From Squalus acanthias (taxonomy: Eukaryota), in assembly GCA_030390025.1 (NCBI GenBank), contig JASTWF010000622.1, forward strand, positions 1 to 64,000: a DNA stretch of 64,000 nucleotides, in the 5' to 3' direction. Made by a program: the position numbers and the translations under genes. Numbering within the stretch: the first letter of the stretch is position 1; each line of letters opens with the position of its first letter. The notes under the pieces are model-generated. The model saw only the letters and a program-made list of their open reading frames with translations. It was not told the origin of the DNA and made no database searches. Shown here in pieces: positions 37,741 through 47,721 of the stretch.

Positions 37741-38702
37741 TCTGACATTTGGGGTGGAAGTGAGTTACAGCTGAGCCCCGTCCTGCTGTTACCAAAGGTC
37801 CTACAGCTCTACAGGACGGCAGTTCGGAGCAGGGCCCCTGAATGATTTTCGCCTCTTGATTCAGATCAACTAACTCGGCACAGGGCGGACTTGGAAACTG
37901 GAACCCACAACAAGCTGAATGCTGTGAATGACGGGCCTCACTTTCACTGAAATCTCCCTTCTCTTCGCAATCAGTAAAATGTGTATCGTTCTGGTCAGTT
38001 TCTCCTCGCACTTCCATTTGCAGATATCACCAAACACAATGCCGTGAATATTCCTAGTTGCATTTCAAGCCTGGTGGATTAGTGGCTGTAACACTGAACC
38101 ACGTGGATATAGGCCCCGAATTTCATCTTTGGCTTGAGTAGAGCTAAAATTGGTCTCAACAGCTCTGGGTTGGAGAAAGGGAGATGAGCAGGGTTATTAA
38201 TCCTAATTGCTATTCCAGTGACTTTTACTAGAAGTCCTGGTGCACGGAGGCTGGGTGAGATCAGGATCGTACTAGGACCTGGAGTGCCCAGGACTGAATA
38301 TTTGCCGACTCTCACTGTCCACGCATCTGCTTGAAGAAGAGTTGCTGAGGTGTTGGAGGACTTCCCACACATGCGGCCTCAATCGTCATTTTCAGGATTG
38401 AGAAGAGGGTCAAAGGTAAGTGTTGATAAAGAAGATTATCACACAACGAAGTGTCCATATAGCGACTGGAAAAGCATTGCTTCTCTGATGGAAACTTTTC
38501 AGCAGGGAGTTAAGAGTGGGCCTGGCTCCGACTTCCCACGCAGAAGTATGACCGGAACCCAATACGCTGCTTTAGTCATGTGATATCTCGTGTCATGGTC
38601 ACACGTTTCATATACTTACCTATGAGATCCACTTCTTATACAAACCATTGAGGATACCATTCTCATTTGCAGCAAGTGACCAACTAACTTTTTATTTGCA
38701 AC

Positions 38703-38757
38703 ATGTCGGTGAGAGCTACAGTTCAGTGCATGGCTCTTCTGGGCATGTTTTGGCCAG
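38703..38757 (+). CDS. Leader exon of the VJ-C1 receptor (MSVRATVQCMALLGMFWP)
   Basis: A at -3 of ATG, hydrophobic stretch, and a phase-1 donor G|GTACCC that joins the V exon in frame. A possible upstream non-coding exon ends at the consensus donor AAG|GTAAGT at 38415. Confidence 0.6.
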
Positions 38758-41700
38758 GTACCCTTAGTTGTTATATGCTGTCGTTTCTGAATGGCAAATC
38801 CTATTTTAGAAGATTCTACAACTGTTATGCATTGCAAAGTTAAATACTGTCATTTTCCAATTTGATTGCTGGTGTTCCTTAATTGTTCTTGTATTTTACG
38901 TCTCTTAATTATTTGTCTGTATCTGATGTCAGCGTTCTTGTTTATTTTCTGATAGCCGCTGAAGTAACTTCGAGCAAAGTGGATCAATTCCCGAAATACA
39001 TTAAGGTTGCCAGCGGTACAAATGTTTCCATGTTCTGCACATTTCCCATATTTCAAGATGCCCCTGATGTTTATTGGTGGAGACGGGGCGAGGAGACGTT
39101 TCTGGAGCCAGACAGCAGAAAGCAATTTAATGTAAAAAAGGGAAGTGGGTCATTTGATGTCCTGAATGCGAGTGTCGCCGACTCCGGAGTGTATTACTGT
39201 AGACCAAAACATCATCAAAAATCTATTGGAGATGGAAGTGGCTCCCAGCTTACTGTGTACGGTAAGTATCATTGTGACGGGGAGTGGGAGATTCTCAGCA
39301 GTGTGCGATATATGTAAAACTCAATAGTGGGGGTAATTTGAACTTTTAGCACTGGCCGAAAACATAGTGATAGCAAATTCGTTTTACACTTCTCCCGATT
39401 TTCTTTGCCATTGACCCCGGCGTTGAACGGCCCGCCGAATCGCTAGCGCCCGGTTTGCGCTACAGCCCCAGATCAATTTCACCCCTTCATTGTCCTCATG
39501 ACATTCCAAAGTGCTTTGCATCCAATGAGTTCTTTTGGAAGTGCAGTTACAATTATTAAGGAGGCAAGATACTGAAATAGTATAAATGTTTAAATCTTGG
39601 CTTGAAATTAATAACTGGGATTAGATGGCCAAATCCCTTCTCACGAAAATAGCGGTGCCAAGGAGCGACAATGGGAACAATTTTAACACCTCCGAGGTCA
39701 GGTGTTTTATACTTCATTAAAGGCCAGCTCCGCCGCCCCAACAAGGTGCCTTCATCACAACTCAACAGAACAATGTCCTGCCACAACCCTGTTTATTTCA
39801 CACACCAAGTAACCTTTTGAAATTGCTAATCTAATATTTTCTGTACCGAATTGTCCGAAATCTGGAATTCTCTCCCCCAGAAGGCTGTGGATGATGGGAC
39901 AATTGGAGCTTTCAGGATTGAGATGGATAGATTTTGTTAGACATGGATATCAAGGGATATGGAGTTAAGTCGGACAAATGGAGTTGAGGTACAGATCAAC
40001 CATGATCTAATTGAATGGCCTCCTCCTGTTCCTATGAAGCAGTTTAGGCTGTGCATTTCCGTCCATTGAGAACTTGTTTTGAGACTGCCAAACTCACTTC
40101 ACAAAGGAATCTTACAACCCATTGAGAAAGGCAGTGTTTTCTTACCCTCAATGTTGGATTGGAACCCAAGTCCTAGAACTGATAGGACAGTGTAGGAACC
40201 CAATGCCCCTGTTTGAAACTCTGTCTTATGCCAATTGGACTTTTTTATACACTCATAACCTGGCAGGATATCACCGAACATTTCTATAAATGCCTGGGCT
40301 CCTGTATTTGTAATTCATGATTTCCATTTACACTCCCCCCAACCCCAGACTGAAGTTACGGCAGGAGATCAAGAGAACACCGTCCTCCTCCTCCTACACG
40401 GAAATTCTACCGCATTACATATTAAACCTAAACAGATCAGTGGTAAAGGAATGGAGTAATTCTGAGCTTTGGTTGGGCAGTCAACACGGTACTGCTGGGA
40501 GTAAAGGCTAAAATAATATTCCAAGTTAATAATGCCCCTGATTTAATAAAGTGATTATACTACAAAGTCGGACAAGTACAAATGTAAAGAAAAGATGTTA
40601 AGGAGATTGTTTGTAATAAACTGACAAAACAATGCAAACCTAATAAGGGACAGATAAACAGTGACTGTAACTCTAGCGGACAAAGGTTCACATTAGTAAA
40701 AGACGATTGTAGGACTGATATAAGCAGAATCTTCTTCGGGCAAAACGTGTTCAACAGACCGAATAGACTTGGGGAAGGACAAAACCCCTGGAATTATATA
40801 AGACATGCACTCTGAGTTAGGAGTTCCTATTCGGAGTCCCTCATCTGTATGGATGTTGTGATCTACACAGAGATACATCATTACCAATATAACCCTTTCA
40901 TAACGTGAAAAATATTCCAGCCCTCGGTTCGCGCTCTGGGGAAAGTACATTTATTGAAAGCTGCATCCTGTCTGCAATCTGTGTAGACATCAGAGCTACT
41001 TCGATATATTCTGCACATCTTCTCAATATTCACCGATAATATGTTTCGCAATATATGAAATATCCGAAAAACGACCAAATTTGAAATAAACGCACAAAAT
41101 GTTTAATACTCCAAAGATTATCAATGAATAACGAGAAGCGATTCCACTGTTCGTGCAGACTGGGCTGCGCTCTCTCCGATATAGTCGGACAGGAACCTCA
41201 CTCGGGGTCACTGCTTCCAACCACAATCCCGCACCAGGATCTGATACTCCATTCAGAACAGTGACGCGTGCCTCCCTGCATGTTAGCAGCCCTGGGAGAT
41301 TCACCCTCTTTGCGTGCCGTTTCCAATACATTCCGTCATTTTGCTGTGCGCCGTAAAACAATTTATAAAATAAATGCAAACTCGAAGTTTAAAAAAAACG
41401 ACAGCGCGGATAACTATTGTGACAGTAGGACTGTAACAGTATAACGAGAGTAGGCAAATGAGAATGTGTTCCTTTAAATTAAAAAAAAATGATCAATATA
41501 ATTTTTTTTCTGTTAAAGTTCCCCCAACCCCCCTGAAAATCGCTCCTGTTGAAGGGATTTCAGCGACTTCTCTAAAACTCGAGTGTAAAACGGCTGCTTT
41601 TTCACCCGGAGCATTTAGAAATCTCCTGGCGAAGAGATGGTGTCGAAATTCTGACCGGAATAGCAACTGTGAAAAACAGGAGCGCGGAGGGACTGTTTGA

Positions 41701-44700
41701 GGTTTCCAGCTCGTTGGAAGAAGCACAGCCTGCCCAGAGCGGAGTTGTTTATACATGTCTGGTATCTCATGTCTCTCTTCTGGAGCCCGCCAGTGTCAGC
41801 TACACCGTTAGTCAAGGTAAGATTGGAAACATTTACAGCGGGGAGCGGGGAGCGGGGATCTGCTCCAACCTGTAATTACTTATTAAACATGTAGCTGGGG
41901 AACTGTTCAACCTCGAGGATATAGGGTAAATGTGAAATGTATTTACTCTGTGTCACATCAATGGGAACGAAATAAAAATATTCCAGATGGTTTGTAAGTG
42001 AAGGAGAGAGAATATCTCGCTGAAGAGATCCGCAACGGGAGGTTGATGTGCGAAATGCTCAAAAGTTGAAAGATCATTCCTCGTCAAATTCTTGCCAAAT
42101 AAAATAAAATTACGCACCAAATTGATCCATTCTACCAGATTCACTTTTACATCCTGTGTATTTAAATGGAATGTTATTGAAAGAAAAAAGACTTGCATTT
42201 CTACAGCGCCTTTCACGACCACCGGACGTCTCAAAGCGCTTTACAGCCAATGAAGTATTTTTGAAATGTAGTCACTGTTGTAATGTGGGAAACGCGGCAG
42301 CCAAATTGCGCACAGTAAGCTCCCACAACCAGCAATGTGATAATGACCAGATAATCTGTTTTTGTTACGTTGGTTGAGGGATAAATATTGGCCAGGACAC
42401 CGGGAATAACTCCCCTGCTCTTCTTCAAATAGTGCCATGGGATCTTTTACATCCACCTGAGAGAGCAGACAGGTTTAATGTCTCATCCGAAAGACGATTG
42501 AGTATTTTGAATTGAGTAGATTGAGCCTATACTCTCTGGAGTTTAGAAGAATGAGAGGTGATCTCATTGAAAGATATAAAATTCTGAGGGGGATTGACAA
42601 GGTAGATGCTGAGAGGCTGTTTCCCCTGGCAGGAGAGTCTAGAATTAGGGGGCATAGTCCCAGGATAAGGAGGAACTTCTTCACTCTGAGGGTTGGGAAC
42701 CTTTGGAATTCTCTACCCCAGAGGGCTGTGGCTGGGTCGTTGAGTATATTCAAGGCTGAGGTAGATAGATTTTTGGACTCTAAGGGAATCAAGGGATGTG
42801 GGGATAGGGCGGGAAAGTGGAGTTGAGGTCGAAGATCAGCCATGATGTTCTTGAATGGCGGAGCAGGCTCGAGGGTTCGTATGGCCTACTCCTGCTTCTA
42901 ATTCTGATGTTCTTATTATGTTAATCTGTTTTCTGCGCACCATTCCTTCAGCTGTCTAGACCCTAAACTTTGGAATTCCCGCCCAAAACCTCTCTTCTAT
43001 ATCTCTCTCCTTCTTTAAGACGTTCCTTAGACCCTACCTCCACCTGTCCTAATCGTGGCTTGGTGTCAAATGTTGCTTGATACCACTCCTGTGAAGTGCC
43101 TTAGGACGTTTTACTACGTTAAAGGCGCTATATAAATGCAAGTCGTTCTTGTTGCCTACCAAAAGTTGCAGTAGCTGTCCTCTGGTAAGGCTGGTGAGGG
43201 GTGGCAGCACTGGAGAACGGGCGACTTTGCCTCTTTTTGCAGCCGGTACCCATCAGTCCGGTGTAGCATGGCTCGGTAAAACATGAAACTCTCTTTACTC
43301 TTAATTAACAACCGTCATGTGCAGAGAGAAGCTTCCTGGGCCTTTATATAATGGGATTTGTTTTCTCCATAAATTGCATCACTGACTTGCAGTTGATGTC
43401 GTTTGGTACACGTTATAATCATTGTACAGCTCCTGCCCATAGAAATAAAGGGGTCGAGTCCCTCTGACTGTCAGTGGACGCCATCATCTCGAGAGACACC
43501 TTAGGAACTCGCCCTCCCGTTCCGGACCCATGAGTCCCTGTCGGTATATTTCTCTATGTTCTACAGTTTCTTATTTCAATTATCTGTTGATCCTGTAGGT
43601 ACTGATCACAAATTTGCACTGATATTTGGATGTGCAGGGGGCGCATTGGCAATTTTACTGTTGATAATAATTTTGACGAGACTCAGATTGAAGGCTTCAG
43701 ACGGTAAGAACATTTCTTATTTCCCCGAATGCTTTTATTTTCTGCGGTCCAGTTGTATTGTTACAAAACCGAAAGGGCAGATGAATAGGGATTGATTGTA
43801 GAGGAATAAAGTGCCCTTAACTGCCTGCATCTTTAAAGAATGAAGTTACTACCACAAGAGCGTTATGTGGTTGGCACTAGTTGAATATGACAATGTAAAC
43901 CGGATCTTGAAATGTCAATATTTTACCTTCCCATTCGAACTATTCACTCAACTTATACACTTTCATTTTGCAACACCCGGAATCCTTAATGTTCTACAAT
44001 GTTTTAGTATCAGTGCGGGTCCAGATCTTGAAGCGTAAACACTTTGAGGTAGATGTTGATTTTTTGCGATAGTGTAAAACGGATGATAGCGAATTGGCAG
44101 ACTGTTTTACATCTCTCCCGATTTCTATTTCCCTGTGTGTGTGTCACTATCACCCGTTTTACACTATCGTACAAAGTCAAAGTCTACTCCATTGGGTGCA
44201 GCGTCACTACGGGGTATGAGAAGGTCATGAACAGTATACTACACTAAGGACTGGCACTTCTAAACACCTTCAAGCAGATCTGTCCCTTCAGATCTCCTTA
44301 CTTTACAAAGTAAATGTGACCAACATCAAATCATGTTGGTTTTGCTGGCACACAGATTAAGTTATTCAAGGTGGATTTTTTTCTTTCCTTTAGGCATTAA
44401 GAGAAATTCTGTGGAAGCGGGTCAGAGTGAAGAGCCGGTAGGGTGACAATGTTCTTTATGTTCCAAAAAAGAAGGGGCAGGGGGGAAATAGCAACCCAAT
44501 ATATACATTCAGCCGAGAAGATACTACTTATATTTCATAGAATCATAAACTCTTACAGCACAGAAGGAAGCCAGCGTGCCTGTTCCGGCTCTTTGAAAGA
44601 GTTATCCAATTAGTCCCATCCCCCCCGCTCTTTACCCAGAGTCCTGCAATTGTTTTTGTCCCAATTCTCATTTTTTAAGTTCCTACTGAATCTGCTTCCA

Positions 44701-47201
44701 CCATCCTTCCAGGCAGTGCGTTCCAGATCATAACAGCTGGCTGCATAAAATATTCTCCTCATCTTCCCTCTGGTTCTTTTGCCAATTATCTTAAATCTGT
44801 GTCCTTTGGATACCAACCCACACATCAGTGGAAACAGTTTCTCCTTATTTACTTTATCAAAAACCCCTCCGAATTTTGAACACCTCTATTAAATCTCCCC
44901 TTAACCTTCTCTGCTCTAAAGAGAACAATCCCAGTTGTAAGATCCTCCAATAGGCTGGGCTGGCCGAGGAATAGGAATGTGGCCGACGCCCCAGCATGAG
45001 TGAAAACCTTCAGGGCAGTAGAGAGAGTGAGTTAATTGGGGAAGAAAGGGGGAAATGAGTAATGTGTAGTATTCATAGGATAGTTATTAGCTGTGCTCCG
45101 AATCATCCTGATTTTAAATGTATGTAAATAATTTGTGCGCTATGGCTTTCATATTTAGACCATTACCCCACACCTTATGGGTGAGATATTGGATACAATC
45201 ATTGAGTGGGACAGAATGTAATCGTGCCCTAATCTATCGGTTACTGTGTGCATATTTAGACTTTCAGACTCAGTTCCAATTGATGGTAGCTGGCAGCTGT
45301 ATCAGACACTCCGCTATCAGTATTTCATGTCTTATTTTTACAGGTTAGACAAGGACCAAATGAAGAGATTGCCGCCTACGCTACTCTAAACTTGAGAGAC
45401 GACAGAGGACCTCCCAAACGGAGACAGGAGAAAGAGCACACCGTCTATTCCCAGGTACATAGGATTACATCGGATATACGGCACAGAAACAGGCCATTCG
45501 GCCCAACCAGTCCATGCCGGCGTTTATGCTCCACATAACCCTCTATACCCTTCTCCCTCATATGCTTGTCTAGCCTCCCCTTAAATGCATCTATACTATT
45601 CGCTTCAACCACTCCCTGTGGTAGCGAGTTCCACATTCTCACCACTCTTTGGGTAAAGAAGTTTCTTCTAAATTCCCTATTGGATTTCTTGGTGACTATT
45701 TTATATTGATTAACCTCTAGTTATGCTCTTCCCCACAAGTGGAAACACTCTCTCTCTATCTACTCTATCAAAACCTTTCATAATTTTAAAGACCTCTATT
45801 AGGTCATCCCTCAGCCTTCTTTTTTCAAGAGAAAAGAGACCCAGCCTGTTCATCCTTTCCTGATATGTATACCCTCGCATTTCTGGTATCATCCTTGTAA
45901 ATCGTCTCTGCACCCTCTCCAGTGCCTCCAGGTAGAGCGGAGTGATTGGCGCCAATAATATCCAAACCATTTCCATACAAAATCAACACTCTGTGATAAC
46001 AGAGGCAATGTTAACACTGTACAGAAACGTGGGGGTAATTTTGACTTTGTGCGACAGTGTAAAACGGTGATAGCGAAACGGCATCTCTCCCACTGACTTC
46101 AACGGAAATACAATCGGGAGAGATGTAAAACGGGCTGCGGACCAGTTTCACACTATCGCTCAGTCAAAATTATCCGCGTTTCTTTTTCGGGTCTGGCTGT
46201 GATAATGATTGCTCTGAACGACAAATTGCAAAAGAAATTCACCTGATCAGACTGGCAAATATATCTGTTATAGACGAAGCAAGGCACCGGCGACAGACTG
46301 ACCTACGCCGCTCTCGTAACCAACACCACGAAAAATGCGAAACCCAGACAGAAGGAGGAGAGCACGGTGTATGCCCAGGTACAGCTCAGGTCATTCATTG
46401 AAACACGATCAATGTTCTTCGGTACGACACTGAGCCGCAGGAAATAGAAAGATCCCAGGTTTAATCTACCGAGTGTGCTGTGTCGGCTGATCTCAGCCAA
46501 GGTTCATCATAATTGACCTCCGTGTCCCAGGGATCGGCAGGGGGTGGGGGGCGGCTGAAAAGTGCAGATGCGTGGGCAGGTTCAACCTTGGAGCCTCTGC
46601 CATGGGATCAGCAGGTCACACAGGCTGTCCATGCTCAGACACCTTAACACGGTACATTGCGATATGAGATAAACTTAACAGACGGGTGTGGCATTCCTTT
46701 GTCTGCTATTGTAATTGAAGTATTAACCTGCTGATTTAAATGGGTTACAACAGCAGAGGAACTAATTTTATATGAACGTTAAACCGGAATACTCTAGATT
46801 TTTTTCGGGCCCAAGAATGGACCCTGGGGGTGGGGGCAGCAGATGCTCCTGGAATTGGAGCCCAACAGGAATCATTGTTTACAGAGCAAGGAGAAACCGG
46901 AGAGAAAATAAAATCAGTACAAAATCTGAATAAAACGGTTCCAATCTGAAGTTGGTAATTGATGAGAGGAAATTTCCCCAAAGCCTATTTTAAAGTTCGA
47001 GTGCTTCAAGCAATGAGTGGGCAATGGACGAAAGACTGATACTAAATGTTACTTTCACAGACAAAACAAAGATGCGGCGACAACAAGCTGACTTACGCCG
47101 CTCTGCAGCTTTCTGATTCCAAGAAAACATCAAAATCGAAACACCAAGACAAGCGGGCTGTGTACGCAGAAGTAAACGTGAGAAACAAAGCGAGAAGCTG
47201 A
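38703..47201 (+). CDS. Non-rearranging VJ-C1 Ig-superfamily inhibitory-type receptor (SIRP/NCR3/VJC1-like), 8 coding exons, ~387 aa if the C1 frameshift is corrected
   Basis: Exons 38703-38757, 38956-39261, 41519-41816, 43599-43703, 44394-44437, 45344-45454, 46274-46378, 47061-47201. All introns are GT-AG with compatible phases (1,1,1,1,0,0,0). Confidence 0.82.
38956..39261 (+). CDS. Ig V-set exon with germline-joined J motif
   Basis: VDQFP...GTNVSMFC...VYWWR...DSGVYYC...GDGSGSQLTV; tag| acceptor and G|gtaagt donor. Confidence 0.93.
39329..39485. mobile_element. Degenerate fold-back MITE
   Basis: GGGGGTAATTTGA...TCAATTTCACCCC inverted termini; similar to the 44047 and 46031 copies. Confidence 0.55.
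39855..40036 (+). mobile_element. CR1 3' fragment
   Basis: TGGAATTCTCTCCCCCAGAAGGCTGTGG...CCTCCTGTTCCTATG. Confidence 0.75.
41519..41816 (+). CDS. Ig C1-set exon (carries an extra T in the 41598-41602 T-run)
   Basis: VPPTP...LECKTAAF[H]PEHLEISWRRDG...GLFEVSSSL...YTCLVSHVSL. The exon is 298 bp, one more than an in-frame 297. Confidence 0.88.
42182..42496 (-). mobile_element. DeuSINE (SacSINE1/AmnSINE1-like) 3' half
   Basis: Minus strand CTTTCGGATGAGAC...AAAAGATCCCATGGCACTATTTGAAGAAGAGCAGGGGAG...AAATGCAAGTCTT; a homologous copy lies at 57485-57832. Confidence 0.82.
42510..42920 (+). mobile_element. CR1 3' fragment
   Basis: SLEFRRMRGDLIERYKI...NFFTLRV plus the 3' tail. Confidence 0.9.
42945..43152 (+). 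mobile_element. L2-type LINE 3' fragment
   Basis: ...TTTTACTACGTTAAAGGCGCTATATAAATGCAAGT tail; related pieces at 54630-54820 (-) and 61735-62120 (+). Confidence 0.65.
43599..43703 (+). CDS. Transmembrane exon
   Basis: FALIFGCAGGALAILLLIIIL followed by TRLRLK; no charged TM residue; G|gtaag donor. Confidence 0.88.
44047..44190. mobile_element. Fold-back MITE
   Basis: CGATAGTGTAAAACGG...CCGTTTTACACTATCG inverted arms. Confidence 0.65.
44394..44437 (+). CDS. Short cytoplasmic exon (GIKRNSVEAGQSEEP)
   Basis: Strong polypyrimidine acceptor; converts phase 1 to phase 0 as the next exon requires. Confidence 0.7.
44536..44935 (-). mobile_element. CR1 3' fragment
   Basis: Minus strand GHRFKIIGKRTRG followed by the CR1 tail. 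Confidence 0.82.
45344..45454 (+). CDS. Cytoplasmic Tyr-motif exon A (IAAYATL ... TVYSQ)
   Basis: ttttacag| acceptor, open frame, homologous to exons B and C. Confidence 0.8.
45458..45927 (-). mobile_element. 5'-truncated CR1 with 7-bp TSD (CCAGGTA) at the exon A splice donor
   Basis: ALERVQRRFTRMIP...RRLRDDLIEVFKI on the minus strand; CCAGGTA at 45451-45457 and 45928-45934. Confidence 0.88.
46031..46178. mobile_element. Fold-back MITE (same family as 44047)
   Basis: GGTAATTTTGACT...AGTCAAAATTATCC termini. Confidence 0.65.
46274..46378 (+). CDS. Cytoplasmic Tyr-motif exon B (LTYAAL ... TVYAQ)
   Basis: Canonical ITIM LTYAAL; phase 0-0. Confidence 0.82.
47061..47201 (+). CDS. Terminal cytoplasmic exon C (LTYAAL ... 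AVYAEV, stop)
   Basis: tttcacag| acceptor; TGA at 47199-47201. Confidence 0.85.
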   Translation, partial: TKQRCGDNKLTYAALQLSDSKKTSKSKHQDKRAVYAEVNVRNKARS

Positions 47202-47367
47202 GAATCGGAATACAGTCCGAAGATGTGGGCTATTAATGACTTCAGGCCCAGGGTGTTCGATTATACACCATAAACAGTCTATCACTGGTTTCATTTATTG
47301 CAGCCAGACGAAGGAGTGACGACCTGGAACATCACACATTATGTGTGTGTTGGGGAAGCAGGTGAAG

Positions 47368-47518
47368 TGGTAATTTTCACCTTCAGTGTTGAGGCGGTAA
47401 ACTGGCGGAATTCGTCGCCGGCCCATTATTCAACCAGCCCGCTATCGGGCGCTTTCCATGGCGACGGCAGAGTCCGCAACGCCAGTTTTACGCGGGCTGC
47501 AAGCTGAAAATATACCTC
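47368..47518. mobile_element. Degenerate fold-back MITE in the receptor 3' UTR
   Basis: GGTAATTTTCACCTT...AAGCTGAAAATATACC; GTAAACTGGCG/CGCCAGTTTTAC arms. Confidence 0.5.
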
Positions 47519-47675
47519 GGCCCATGTGTTCTGGATTTCAAGTGTGCACAATGTACTGCGCGCGATATTAGCAACCGGCTGTCATCGAAATTTTGCAATG
47601 TCAGCTTGCGATGGCTCTTAAAATTTAGCTTGCATGGTTGAGATCACAGGGATTCATAAGGTGTCCTTGCAGTCT

Positions 47676-47681
47676 AATAAA
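47676..47681 (+). terminator. Putative poly(A) signal of the receptor gene
   Basis: First AATAAA after the stop codon, followed by a T-rich tract. Confidence 0.6.
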
Positions 47682-47715
47682 GTGCTAATCGATTCAACGT
47701 TTTTTTAAATGAATA

Positions 47716-47721
47716 TTTATT
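47716..47721 (-). terminator. Putative distal poly(A) signal of NUDT21
   Basis: AATAAA on the minus strand at the far end of ~2.7 kb of largely repeat-free sequence downstream of the NUDT21 stop. Confidence 0.45.

Noticed and set aside
38956-41816. Rearranging Ig light chain or TCR locus
   Set aside because: No RSS or separate J segments, a short V with an atypical C-strand (WWR), and a TM plus ITIM tail. A germline-joined shark IgL would lack these exons.
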